This document shows positions 8,965-18,771 of a stretch of 43,302 bases of DNA, piece by piece. Made by a program: the position numbers and the translations under genes. The notes below the pieces were generated by a model that did no database searches, was not told the origin of the DNA, and saw only the letters and a program-made list of their open reading frames with translations. Numbering within the stretch: position 1 is the stretch's first letter; each line of letters starts with the position of its first letter. Source of the stretch: Fimbriimonadales bacterium (GTDB taxonomy: Bacteria > Armatimonadota > Fimbriimonadia > Fimbriimonadales > ATM1); assembly GCA_051003155.1 (NCBI GenBank), contig JBPCLO010000050.1, positions 1 to 43,302 of the forward strand, read 5' to 3'.

Positions 8965-9666
8965 TTACGAAGTGGCGCTGCCGACCAGCTTATAACCGAA
9001 TCCCCTCATAGTCAACAGGTACTTGGGATTCTCCGGGTCTGCTTCGATCTTTCTTCGGATTCGATACATGTAAACGTCCAGACTGTTGCTGCTGAAGTCC
9101 ATGTCATATCCCCATACGGCTTCGAAAATGATCTCTCGCGCGAGTGCTTTATCTGAGTTTCGCCCCAGGTATGCCATCAGTTGAAACTCACGGTTTGTCA
9201 AGCCTGCCGCACGGCCGTTGACCAGCAAGTCGCGGTTCTGGTAGTCGATTGTAAGGTCCCCGATGGTCGTAGGTTCATCCGAATCAAGAGGTTGCTGGTA
9301 CTCGTTGACGCGCCGCAACTGCGAACGGACGCGAGCGACGAGCTCCGCAGGCTCGAACGGCTTGGTCAAATAATCGTCGGCGCCCACCTCGAGCCCGATC
9401 ACCTTCTCCATTGCATCAGTCCGTGCCGTGAGCATCACGACAGGCAGGTGATACTTCTCTCGCAATCGCCTGCAAACCGTAATGCCATCCGATCCCGGGA
9501 GCCCCACGTCGAGGATGACGAGGTCAAAGCTCTCCTCGAACAGGCGCTGAAGGGCGTCCTCGCCTGACGTGGCGGTTCTCACCGCATAGCCACTGCGCTC
9601 GAGTAATTTGCGCAGGTTATCCAGCAAGAACATGTCGTCATCGACAACAAGAAGTTTTGCGCTCAT
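8965..9666 (-). CDS. OmpR/PhoB-family response regulator
   Basis: VVDDD, LDVGLPG (phospho-Asp), GADDYLTKPF and a winged-helix ending TMRGFGYKL. Confidence 0.95.
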   Translation of the reverse strand: MSAKLLVVDDDMFLLDNLRKLLERSGYAVRTATSGEDALQRLFEESFDLVILDVGLPGSDGITVCRRLREKYHLPVVMLTARTDAMEKVIGLEVGADDYLTKPFEPAELVARVRSQLRRVNEYQQPLDSDEPTTIGDLTIDYQNRDLLVNGRAAGLTNREFQLMAYLGRNSDKALAREIIFEAVWGYDMDFSSNSLDVYMYRIRRKIEADPENPKYLLTMRGFGYKLVGSATS

Positions 9667-11798
9667 TGGTCCCCCAATCGTTCAAAGCTTATCAGAAAGG
9701 TCGTCCCGCACCCGGGTTTACTCTTTACCCGGATCGAGCCGTGGTGCTCCTGAACGATCCGAAGGCTGCTAAACAGGCCAAGCCCGAACCCGTTGCCCTT
9801 GGTCGAAGTGAACGGCTTGAAGAGCTCCGGGATCTGGTCTCCAGGTATTCCCTTGCCCGTATCCTCGAATTGGATCACGATCGCCTGCCGTGCCTGCCGC
9901 GTCCTTATTGTAAGCGTCCCTCCCCGCGCTTGCATCGCGTGGACGGCGTTCAGGATGATATTTACGAACAGGTGTTCGAGTTGGTGCGGGTCGCCTGTGA
10001 GCGCGGGTAAGGACGGCGTGAAGTGCTTGTCCACCCTGACCGACGAAATTCGCAACTGCGCCCCAGTAAGCGCCAAAACCCGCTCGAGCGTGTCGTGAAT
10101 ATCGACAGGCTCGCGCGCGACGAGCCTGGGCCGTGCATAAGAAAGCAGACGATGCGACAGGACGGCGAATCGATCCATCTGTGCCTTCACGGCACGGAGC
10201 GCAGCTTCGGGGTCATACGTCCCCGCAGACAGCTCTATCGAGAGCGACGAGACTATGTTCTTTATGTCGTGGGCGATGCTGGCGGCTAGGGTGCCAACTG
10301 CAGAAAGCTTCTCACTCTGTACTACCTGTCGCTGGGTCTGCCTCAACTCATCGTGCGTTCGAAGCAGGCGCTCCTGCAGCAAGTGCAAATTGACGAGCAG
10401 CGCCACCTGATCGACGACCGCTTCCAAGTGAACCAAGTGATGTTGATCAGCGGCCTCGGCGGGCGACTGTCGACCCAAAAACAGGACCGCCATCGGTTTG
10501 CCGTCCTGCGAAAGCGTCGCTGTTGCCCAAAACTTGCATTTCATCATCTGGGCGAGATCGCTGGTCGGCTGGTGTCCAAACTGTATCGCCGAACCCCTCA
10601 ACAGGTTTGTGTAGTCCGGATGGGTGCTGAGGTGCAATTGGACTGCCCGCGGAATCTTGGCCCTGGCAGGCAAGCACCTGCCGACAAGCATGTCCCCTGC
10701 CTCATCCAATAGCAACAGCGCTGCAGAGTCGTAGCCAAGCAATCCACCAAGCAGATTCAATTGAGCGTCGATTACTTGGCTGGTGCCCTTGGACTGCCCA
10801 ATCAATGTGAATGCAGTATTCATCGCATTTAGGACCTCGTGGGTCGTAGCGAGTTCGGCGTTTTGACGCTGGAGCACCGCCTGTTGCTCCTCGAACCGCT
10901 GCGCGAACAGCCGCTCCCTCTCGAGCTCTACACCGACACGTCCGGCGAGCAGGGTTACGAACTGTACATCCTCTTGATCCAGTGGCAAATCTGACCGACT
11001 GTCCATAAAGCAAAGTGTTCCGATCCCGCGACCTTGCGAGTCTCGCAGCGGCACACCGAGATACCGGGTCAAGCCTAGCTTGGTCGTGGGCAGTGCCTGG
11101 TATTGCGGGTCGCCCGAGGCGTCTTGGATGAGCAAAGGGCGCACGGCCCTTCGAATAAAGTATCAGTGGGCGTCCCCGATTGGTATCTCGGTGATCGATT
11201 CCGATCCCAAAGGCTGGTTGATGACAATACGAAAGTCGACATACTTATCCCGCCACAACGATAGCGCCGCGATTGCATCGCCGTAAAAGGATGCCAACTT
11301 TTCGACTGCGAAGCGGCAGACCTTAGCCGGCTCAGGGTCGTTGAAAGTGCTGACTTCAAAGAGAGCCTGCTGCATCCGTTGCTGCCGTTTTTCGCCACTG
11401 ATGTCGAGAAACGTCCAAATCCGGCCGACCACTTTGTCGGCCTCGTTCAAAACGGGACCGGTAAAACGGCGCAGGTAGACGGCGGGCTCTCCCAGCAGGG
11501 TCAATTCGTCGCTAAATTCACCGAGGGGATCCGCGTAGACGACGTCCAACTGCTCGATCCATTTGGCCGGCGACTCCAGGCGTGGATAGAGCTGCCGGCG
11601 AACGTCCTCCGGCTCGGAGCTCACCGTCTTCATAATGTCGAGGCTGAAAAGCTCACCGAATTTCCTATTGCACGCAATGCTGTTGTGATTCAGGTCTGTG
11701 AACAAGACACCGTAGTCGGACGCCTTGAGCATTGCCCGAAGGATATGTGTTGTCTCTTCGGCCAGCATCGGCCGAATCGCGACGTCTTTGGTGCGCAT
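9663..11798 (-). CDS. PAS-GAF-GAF-like sensor histidine kinase, 711 codons, with an in-frame TGA at codon 212 (candidate selenoprotein, otherwise a nonsense pseudogene)
   Basis: ORFs 11163-11798 and 9663-11144 share a frame: IPIGDAH-TGA-YFIRRAVRPLLIQDA...YLGVPL...GTLC. H-box AHDIKN, N-box NIILNA, G-boxes DTGKG and GFGLGL. Its stop overlaps the regulator start. Confidence 0.85.
11133..11153 (-). promoter_or_regulatory. Putative bacterial SECIS hairpin
   Basis: After UGA: UACUUUAUU-CGAAGGGC-[CGUGC]-GCCCUUUG. 8-bp stem; loop begins 17 nt after UGA, with G at loop position 2 followed by U. Confidence 0.55.
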
Positions 11799-11897
11799 AG
11801 GAGAGGTCTGCCTATTAACGCAGAGAACCTTTGCCCCCGTCTACCCCGGGGATGAATACGCCATGAAAAGCGGCCGCCAAGGTGTAGAATCGGATTG

Positions 11898-12722
11898 ATG
11901 CCACGATATAGGATCGGCTGCGTCCCGTTTTTGAACGCAAAGCCGCTGGTCGCGCTGTTCGCCGGCCCCGAAGGACGCCACCTCGCAGAAGTCGAATTCG
12001 CGCCCCCGTCGCGACTGGCCGATTGGGTGTTGGATGGACGCGTGGACGTCGCATTGGCCAGCAGTTTCTTCGCGCTCTCACATCCTGAATTCAAGGTCGC
12101 TCCAGGCGTAGCGATCGCATCTCAGGGCAAAGTGCGGAGCGTGAGGTTGTTCTCGCGAAGGCCCTTTCACGAGATCGAGAGCCTCGCGTTGGACTCCGAA
12201 TCGATGACCTCCAACCACCTGGCACGGATCATCCTCCAGGAGAAATACGGCATTCTGCCCGAATGCTTCACTCGCGATCCTGTTCTGGAAGCGATGCTGG
12301 CAGAAGCCGATGCAGCCGTCTTGATCGGTGACGCCGGAATGGCCGCGGATGCAACTGGCCTGGAAGCGATGGACCTCGGCGGAGCCTGGAACGAGCTGAC
12401 AGGGCTCCCGTTTGTTTGGGCGATGTGGATTGGCAAGCAGCGCCTGACTCCAGACTTGGCCGGGGCCCTGATCTCGGCAAAAGAATTCGGAATGGAGCAT
12501 CTCGAACAGATCGCCAAGGAGGAAAGTGCTCGGCTCGAATGGCCGTTTGGCCTTTGCTTCGAGTATCTCACTGAGTCCATCGACTTCGACCTCAGCCACC
12601 GCCACCTGGAAGGGTTCTCACGCTTCGCTACGTACTGCGCCGCAATGGGGTTTACCGATTCGAGCGCGCTTCCCGAAATTGTGGACGAAGCGTCGGTTGC
12701 CCCGTTCACGTCATCACTCTGA
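11898..12722 (+). CDS. mqnA: Chorismate dehydratase (futalosine menaquinone pathway)
   Basis: RIGCVPFLNAKPL, SMTSNHL, LIGDA and LTGLPFVWAMW motifs. Confidence 0.9.
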   Translation: MPRYRIGCVPFLNAKPLVALFAGPEGRHLAEVEFAPPSRLADWVLDGRVDVALASSFFALSHPEFKVAPGVAIASQGKVRSVRLFSRRPFHEIESLALDSESMTSNHLARIILQEKYGILPECFTRDPVLEAMLAEADAAVLIGDAGMAADATGLEAMDLGGAWNELTGLPFVWAMWIGKQRLTPDLAGALISAKEFGMEHLEQIAKEESARLEWPFGLCFEYLTESIDFDLSHRHLEGFSRFATYCAAMGFTDSSALPEIVDEASVAPFTSSL

Positions 12723-14374
12723 TGCTGGTCGAGCTCGTCGCGGAAAACGTCGCGATCATGGACAAGGCCCGGCTCCAGTTCGGGCCGGGCTTCACTGCGA
12801 TAACCGGCGAGACGGGCGCAGGTAAATCCCTCGTTATGGGCTCGATCTCGCTCTGTCTCGGCGAACGGGTCGGTGCGGATATCGTTCGCGCGGGCGCCGC
12901 GCAAGCCGTAGTTCAGGCCGTCTTCGACCCTCCCGCATCGACGAAGCTCCTTCTGGAAGACCTCGGCTACGGCAGCGACGATGCCCTCTACCTGCAACGG
13001 GAGATCGCAGCCGAAGGCAAAAGTCAGTGCAGAATAAATGGCCGACTCGCGCCGCTCAATATCTGCAAGCGAATCGGGGACTCGCTTGCAGATTTGCACG
13101 GCCAGCATGAGCACCAGAGCCTGCTCGACGCGAACCGACACCTCGACATGCTCGATGATTGGATCGGCGCCGACGCCGCTGCATTGCGCAAGCGAATCGC
13201 CAAGTTACACGCGGAAAACTTAGAGGTTTCGCGCAAGATTAGGGAGCTTGAAACAGACGACCGCGAGAGGGAGCACCGTCTGGATTTGCTTCGCTTCCAG
13301 GTCGCCGAAATCGAAGAAGCCGGCGTTCAAAAGGGCGAAAGGAAGCGGCTCGAGGAAGACTTGACAAGGCTGAAGGGAGCCGAAGCCCTGGCCGAAGCCC
13401 TGCATGAAGCCGCCGAGTGCGCGTTTGCCGGCGAAGTGGCCGCCAAGGACCTTCTGGCTCGATCGCTTCGATCACTGGAAAACGCTGCGCAGATCGACGC
13501 ACGCCTTCGGCCAGCTTGCGATCAGCTTCAATCGGCGCTGATCGCTCTAGAGGAATGCGCGCTGGGCATCAAGGATTGCCAAGAAGGCATCGAGTTCAAT
13601 CCTGAGAGGCTGGAGGAAATTGCAGGACGCCTCGATCACTTGGGACGGCTCACGCGGAAGTACGGCGACACGGAGGAGGCGATCCTTGCTTATCTGCATG
13701 AATCGAAGGAAACCCTATCCCTTTTGGAAGGATCGGAGGTGAACCTGGACGATCTGGCTATGAAACTCGCCGAGAACGAAAAGCGCCTTGGAGCAGACTG
13801 TCGGTCGCTGACGACGCTTCGGGCGGAGAAGGCCGACAAGTTCGCGGATCTTGTTGGACATGAACTCTCGGAGTTGGGTATGCCAAAGTCAGCTCTCTCC
13901 GCGACCCTACAACCCAAGCGACCCGCAGCCGACGGCGCCGACGACCTCGAGTTCATGTTCTCGGCGAACAAGGGCGAGCGCCAAAGGTCTCTTTCCAAGG
14001 TCGCCTCTGGAGGCGAAATCAGCCGCGTTATGCTGGCTGTCAAGACCGTCATGGCGGGCAAAGGCGGCGTGCCAACCCTCATCTTCGATGAAATCGACGC
14101 CGGCCTGGGCGGGCAAACCGCGGCCATCGTGGCCAAAAAGCTTGAGCAGCTTTCCAGAAATTACCAGGTCATTGTGATCACGCACGTACCCCAAATCGCG
14201 AGTCGCGCCTCAAAGCAGATTTCAATCGAGAAACGCGAGGTCGACGCGCGGTCGGTGACGCGTGTTCGCAGCCTCCAGCAGGGGGAGCGCATCGAGGAGA
14301 TTGCACGGATGCTCGCTGGCGAGACCGTGAGCGAAGCAGCGCTCGAAAATGCGCGCCACCTGCTCGGTCTATAA
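12722..14374 (+). CDS. recN: DNA repair protein RecN
   Basis: TGETGAGKS, HGQHEHQSL, ASGGEISR, FDEIDAG and ITHVPQIA. Confidence 0.97.
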   Translation: MLVELVAENVAIMDKARLQFGPGFTAITGETGAGKSLVMGSISLCLGERVGADIVRAGAAQAVVQAVFDPPASTKLLLEDLGYGSDDALYLQREIAAEGKSQCRINGRLAPLNICKRIGDSLADLHGQHEHQSLLDANRHLDMLDDWIGADAAALRKRIAKLHAENLEVSRKIRELETDDREREHRLDLLRFQVAEIEEAGVQKGERKRLEEDLTRLKGAEALAEALHEAAECAFAGEVAAKDLLARSLRSLENAAQIDARLRPACDQLQSALIALEECALGIKDCQEGIEFNPERLEEIAGRLDHLGRLTRKYGDTEEAILAYLHESKETLSLLEGSEVNLDDLAMKLAENEKRLGADCRSLTTLRAEKADKFADLVGHELSELGMPKSALSATLQPKRPAADGADDLEFMFSANKGERQRSLSKVASGGEISRVMLAVKTVMAGKGGVPTLIFDEIDAGLGGQTAAIVAKKLEQLSRNYQVIVITHVPQIASRASKQISIEKREVDARSVTRVRSLQQGERIEEIARMLAGETVSEAALENARHLLGL

Positions 14375-14404
14375 AACTTTCAATTTCCCTAAAGGGAGAG
14401 GCTA

Positions 14405-14833
14405 ATGATCGGCGAAACTAAGTGTCGGTACTTTCGGGTGCCCTTAATGGAAACCGTGTTCGCCCATCTAATTCTCGATGTAGGAAGCGTGGACAAGTCG
14501 ATTGGCTTCTACCGCGACCAGCTTGGGTTGCCCGTTCACAGCATGGGCGACCTAGATGGCCATCGCCTCGCTACGGTTTCCGCCAACGGGTTCGAAATAC
14601 TCTTGCTTCAGCAGCCCCAGGAGGATCAGCCGCTTTTCGGGCCACGCGGGCGGGGCCTGGTGCTGAATTTCAAAGTGTCGGGATTAATGCAGGTTGCCGT
14701 GAAGCTCAAGCAGGGCCACGTTTCGGTTCTACGAGACATCGAAAACCCCGCCTTCGGTGAGCGAACCCTGCTCGTCGCAGATCCCGACGGTTACGCGATC
14801 CTTCTCTCAGAACCCGTGGGAACGATCCACTAG
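14405..14833 (+). CDS. VOC/glyoxalase family protein
   Basis: HLILDVGSVDKSIGFYRDQLGL and FGERTLLVADPDGY; alternative start at 14447. Confidence 0.85.
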   Translation: MIGETKCRYFRVPLMETVFAHLILDVGSVDKSIGFYRDQLGLPVHSMGDLDGHRLATVSANGFEILLLQQPQEDQPLFGPRGRGLVLNFKVSGLMQVAVKLKQGHVSVLRDIENPAFGERTLLVADPDGYAILLSEPVGTIH

Positions 14834-15393
14834 AACTTAAGGAACATTTCGTGCAGTCGCGTGTCACCTGTCAACTCCGGGTGAAAAGACGTGCCCAGCA
14901 GCAAACCCTGCCGCACAGCGACAATTTGATCGTCGACCCTCGCCAGCGCCTCGACCCCCCGGCCCATCCGCGTAACAATGGGGGCGCGTATAAATACGGC
15001 ATGAAGAGGCGAATCCAATCCCGAGAACTCCAATCCATCTTCGAAAGAAAAGACTTGTGCCCCGAATGCGTTTCGCCGGACGGTGACATCCAAGATTCCG
15101 AAAGAAAATTGCTCGTGGGCCTCCACTTCCTTCGCCATTAGGATCATGCCCATACAGGTGCCCCAAATCGGCGTGCGCTCCTTTGCTCTTGCAACAATGG
15201 ACCTATCGAGGCCGGAAGTTGTTAACAGGATGCCCAAGGTGGTGCTTTCGCCGCCTGGAATAATCAGCCTCGAACACGTTGCGAGTTCTTTGGGCGTGCG
15301 GACCTCGGTTGCAAAGGCGCCGATGGCCGATAGGACATCCAGATGCTTTTGGTAATCCCCTTGCAACGCCAAGACGCCGACTCGATCAGGCAT
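14830..15393 (-). CDS. pdxT: PLP synthase glutaminase subunit
   Basis: GVLALQG, IPGGESTT, GTCMG, FIRAP and FHPEL. Confidence 0.97.
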   Translation of the reverse strand: MPDRVGVLALQGDYQKHLDVLSAIGAFATEVRTPKELATCSRLIIPGGESTTLGILLTTSGLDRSIVARAKERTPIWGTCMGMILMAKEVEAHEQFSFGILDVTVRRNAFGAQVFSFEDGLEFSGLDSPLHAVFIRAPIVTRMGRGVEALARVDDQIVAVRQGLLLGTSFHPELTGDTRLHEMFLKF

Positions 15394-16213
15394 GGGGCTT
15401 GAGTGTTCCGTTCGCTAGGAGGAAAAGGAGCAGGGCGGCGAGGCCGACCCGATAGACAATGAATACCGCCGTGGACCTGGTTCTCAAAAAACGCAAGAGA
15501 AACTCGATCGACAAATAGCCAACGACGAAAGCCGCAAGGGTGGCAAGAACGACAGGCGCAATGCCGACTTCTGCCAGGTGCTTTCTTTCCTTAATCAGCT
15601 CATATATCCCCGCAAGCAAGACAGCCGGGACGCTCAACAAGAAGCTGAACCGGGCTGCCGTCGCGCGGTCGAAACCAAGAAACAGCGCACCGGTAATAGT
15701 GCTGCCGCTCCTCGATACGCCGGGAACGAGCGCGAGTGCTTGCCAGGTTCCCACAGCCCAGCCATCTGCGGGTTTGACGGATTCCAATTTTCGCCGGTGC
15801 TTTGCCATGACCTCGGCGATCGCCATCAGAACGCCGACTCCTATCAACGACCAACAGATTACATACAGCGACCGAAAATCACTTTCGATGTAATCCTTAA
15901 GCAAAACGCCCAACACGGCCACCGGGATCGTTCCCCAAAAAACAGCCCAGCCCAGGCGCGCCTCCGGCGTTCTCGCGGATTCTCCCCCACGTATGCCCCT
16001 GACCCACCCGCCGATGGCGCGAGCGAGATCCTCCCGAAAGTAAACGAGGACAGCCAGCAGCGTTCCCAATTGGATAACCGCAGTGAACGCGGCTCCTGGA
16101 TCGCTCCAACCGAACAGCTCGGGCACCACGCGGACGTGAGCCGTGCTGCTAATTGGCAAGAATTCGGTCAGACCCTGAACTACTCCAATGACTAAGGCTT
16201 CAAACCAATGCAA
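15386..16213 (-). CDS. uppP: Undecaprenyl-diphosphatase
   Basis: VQGLTEFLPISSTAH, PGVSRSGST and ARFSFLLSVP. Confidence 0.97.
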   Translation of the reverse strand: MHWFEALVIGVVQGLTEFLPISSTAHVRVVPELFGWSDPGAAFTAVIQLGTLLAVLVYFREDLARAIGGWVRGIRGGESARTPEARLGWAVFWGTIPVAVLGVLLKDYIESDFRSLYVICWSLIGVGVLMAIAEVMAKHRRKLESVKPADGWAVGTWQALALVPGVSRSGSTITGALFLGFDRATAARFSFLLSVPAVLLAGIYELIKERKHLAEVGIAPVVLATLAAFVVGYLSIEFLLRFLRTRSTAVFIVYRVGLAALLLFLLANGTLKPHA

Positions 16214-16237
16214 GAAAACGAACTCCTCGACCTAAGA

Positions 16238-17242
16238 TCAAGCGGCCAGCTTGACCACCAAAACCGCCGTTCCGCAAAGCACGACCGTCACCAAATAAAG
16301 TACCCACACCGCCTGACGTTGCGAGAGCCCTTTGCCTAAAAGGGTGTGGTGGATATGCCGCTTGTCCGCTTTTGTTACGGGAACCTTGTTCAAGAATCTT
16401 CGAACGACCACCGAGAATGCGTCGATGATCGGCAAGCCGAAAACCAAGAGGGGAACGACGAAAGCGACTGCCGCGGCCGTCTTGACGACCCCTTGGATGC
16501 TGATCGCGGCCAAAAAGAATCCCAGGAACTGTGCGCCGCCGGTTCCCATGAAAATCTTCGCAGGATGGTAGTTGTAACGCAAGAACCCAATGCAAGCGCC
16601 GATTACTCCCGCAGAAAGCACACCGATGAGCGGCTGTGCGTAAAGTGCGAGCGCGAACATCGTGATGGCGATGATCGCTGCCACGCCCCCGGCAAGGCCG
16701 TCGATACCATCGATCGTGTCCATCGTCTTGGCGACCACGAAGACGAAAAGTGAGGTCAGCAGGACGGAATTGACCTGGCTGAACTGGAGCCAGCGCCCTG
16801 GCTCGCCGAATGGGACGGCAATGCCTTCGATCCGGATATCGCCGAGTTGGGGATGGGAAAGCAATACGCCGCAAGCCAACAGGAACAGCGCCTGCCAAGT
16901 GGCAGGGTACTGGAACTTGTCGTCGAGCATGCCGAAAACCACGACCGCACCGCCGAGCCCCATGATCCAAAGAGAATTGATCGTGTACGGACCGATGAAC
17001 TGCTCCCCGTGTGGGCGGTGCGACATGGGATACACGATCAGCCACGCCACTACCACACCCAAGAAGATCGCGAGACCGCCCCAGCGAGGCGTGGGTGCCG
17101 CGTGAACTCTTCGTTCGTCCCCTGGCACGTCGATGACTCCGAAGCGCTTCGCAAGGGTAATCACCAGTGGCGTAATCAGCAGCGCCACCGCGAGGGCAAT
17201 GATAAATGCCAAGGTGAACCGGTTGCGGAGTATGTCGATCAT
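16238..17242 (-). CDS. WecA/TagO-type undecaprenyl-phosphate GlcNAc-1-P transferase (MraY family)
   Basis: Start at ATG 17242 overlapping the upstream stop; RVHAAPTPRWGG, LDD, DGIDGLA, PAKIFMG and DKRHIHH. Confidence 0.92.
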   Translation of the reverse strand: MIDILRNRFTLAFIIALAVALLITPLVITLAKRFGVIDVPGDERRVHAAPTPRWGGLAIFLGVVVAWLIVYPMSHRPHGEQFIGPYTINSLWIMGLGGAVVVFGMLDDKFQYPATWQALFLLACGVLLSHPQLGDIRIEGIAVPFGEPGRWLQFSQVNSVLLTSLFVFVVAKTMDTIDGIDGLAGGVAAIIAITMFALALYAQPLIGVLSAGVIGACIGFLRYNYHPAKIFMGTGGAQFLGFFLAAISIQGVVKTAAAVAFVVPLLVFGLPIIDAFSVVVRRFLNKVPVTKADKRHIHHTLLGKGLSQRQAVWVLYLVTVVLCGTAVLVVKLAA

Positions 17243-17676
17243 ACATACTCTGCGGGGATGAGGCGCACGAGGTCGACCCCCGCGAGGTCGAAGAGTTCCA
17301 CGGCCAGCGGGTCCGGGTAATCGCCTTCGAAAACCACACGCTTGATCCCCGCGTTGATCATCATCTTGGCGCACCCGCTGCAGGGCTGGCAGGTGACGAA
17401 TACGGTCGCGCCCTCGCAGGAGACGCCGTTGGCCGCTGCCTGCGCGATCGCGTTCTGCTCGGCGTGAGCTGCGAGCTGGCATCTTTGCGAGATGTCGCAC
17501 CCGTATTCTTCGCAGTGCGGAACGCCGCGCGGGGCGCCGTTATAGCCGGTCGTCAGGATTCGCCGATCGCGCTCGACGACCGCCCCGACGGACCGTCGAA
17601 GGCAGGTCGCGCGCGTGCTGACCGTCTTCGCGATTTGCATGAAGTATTCGTCCCAGGAGGGTCGCGGTCTCACCAA
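17239..17676 (-). CDS. dCMP deaminase (ComEB family)
   Basis: RPSWDEYFM, TGYNG, HAEQNA and PCSGC zinc motifs. Confidence 0.93.
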   Translation of the reverse strand: MVRPRPSWDEYFMQIAKTVSTRATCLRRSVGAVVERDRRILTTGYNGAPRGVPHCEEYGCDISQRCQLAAHAEQNAIAQAAANGVSCEGATVFVTCQPCSGCAKMMINAGIKRVVFEGDYPDPLAVELFDLAGVDLVRLIPAEYV

Positions 17677-17733
17677 GGGGATTGTACTTTCCAGAGCCCG
17701 TCGAGTGTTGCAACTCAGGTCTCCAGTCTAACT

Positions 17734-17817
17734 TGGTGCCCAGGGCGGGATTCGAACCCGCATGGGTTGCCCCGGGGGATTTTAAGTCCCCTGTGTCTAC
17801 CGTTCCACCACCCGGGC
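17734..17817 (-). tRNA. tRNA-Leu(TAA)
   Basis: GCCCGGG...GGGGA-CT-TAA-AA-TCCCC, long variable arm, GGTTCGAATCC, ending CTGGGCACCA. Confidence 0.97.
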
Positions 17818-17881
17818 GAGATGCGCGAAGAGTTTAGCTCAGAAGTCCCTCACGAACGCCTCCGAGCGGGGCAGTACACTT

Positions 17882-18502
17882 ATGCCTGTGAACGAGAGAG
17901 AGCTTCGAGAGAAGATGTGCGAGGTCTGCAAGGACCTCTGGGACCGGGGCCTCGTCGCAGGCGCGGAGGGGAACGTGTCGTGCCGCCTGGACGAGAAGAG
18001 AATCTTGACAACGCCCGCGGGAGCGATAAAGGGCAAATTGAAAGCCGGCGACCTTGCGTTAATCACGCCCGAAGGGGAATGCCTGGGCGAGCAGTGTCCC
18101 AGCAGCGAGATCGCGATGCATCTGCGCATTTACGAACTAAGCGCGGCGACGGCCGTGGTCCACGCGCACCCGCCGGCGGCAACCGCATATGCACTCGCCG
18201 GACGCAACATCCCCGGTCGGACGCTGCCCGAGGCCGATATCGTCTTGGGCGATGTGGCGCTGGTCCCGTTCGCGATTCCCGGTACTGCTGCAATGGGCGA
18301 CGCGCTCGCCCCCTACTTGGAGATAAGCACAGTGTTCCTCCTCGGTTCTCACGGAGCGGCGACGATCGGGGGAGGCCTGCTCGAGGCCTACATCAAGATG
18401 GAAATCCTCGAGCGCGTCGCCAAGACGCTATTGCTGGCAGACCTATTGGGAGGGCCGCAGGCGCTTCCAGAGGAAGGCATCCGCTGGCTGTCGGAGTTCT
18501 AG
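17882..18502 (+). CDS. Class II aldolase/adducin family protein
   Basis: EGNVS, PSSEIAMH, HAHP and HGA zinc-binding motifs. Confidence 0.92.
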   Translation: MPVNERELREKMCEVCKDLWDRGLVAGAEGNVSCRLDEKRILTTPAGAIKGKLKAGDLALITPEGECLGEQCPSSEIAMHLRIYELSAATAVVHAHPPAATAYALAGRNIPGRTLPEADIVLGDVALVPFAIPGTAAMGDALAPYLEISTVFLLGSHGAATIGGGLLEAYIKMEILERVAKTLLLADLLGGPQALPEEGIRWLSEF

Positions 18503-18741
18503 CCGCGGAAGATGCACTCGATGACGACGTCGCGGATGCCCGGCCGCGTCCGGAGTACCTTGGCGACAAGCTCAATTTCCACTTTTAGGTCAAGCGTATG
18601 GCCGCGCATGGCCTTCACCTGGCCGCCGAATTTGACGATCCCGTGGTTCAGCCCGATGTTCATTAGGGTGGTGTCGATAGGCCGGCGGGCAAGCTCCTTC
18701 CGCACGGTCCTCATGGCTTCGATGTCTTCAGGCCTGGGCAT
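18499..18741 (-). CDS. Small hypothetical protein, BON-like fold
   Basis: GIVKFGGQV...RTRPGIRDVV resembles the BON pattern; fills the gap after secDF. Confidence 0.6.
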   Translation of the reverse strand: MPRPEDIEAMRTVRKELARRPIDTTLMNIGLNHGIVKFGGQVKAMRGHTLDLKVEIELVAKVLRTRPGIRDVVIECIFRG

Positions 18742-18771
18742 GGGTCTGATTATACGCTCCCGTCCTGCTAG

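Noticed and set aside
11163..11165. Genome-wide TGA reassignment (code 4 or 25) as the explanation for the kinase TGA
   Set aside because: TGA terminates conserved genes at expected lengths here (tsaE, murB, mqnA, csrA, dprA).
17680..17880. Integration at tRNA-Leu
   Set aside because: Flanked by core genes with no duplication or mobile genes.
17464..18588. 374-aa ORF and many similar overlapping or antisense ORFs in the track
   Set aside because: They overlap well-supported genes or a tRNA and show the Arg/Pro/Ala-rich composition of high-GC shadow frames.
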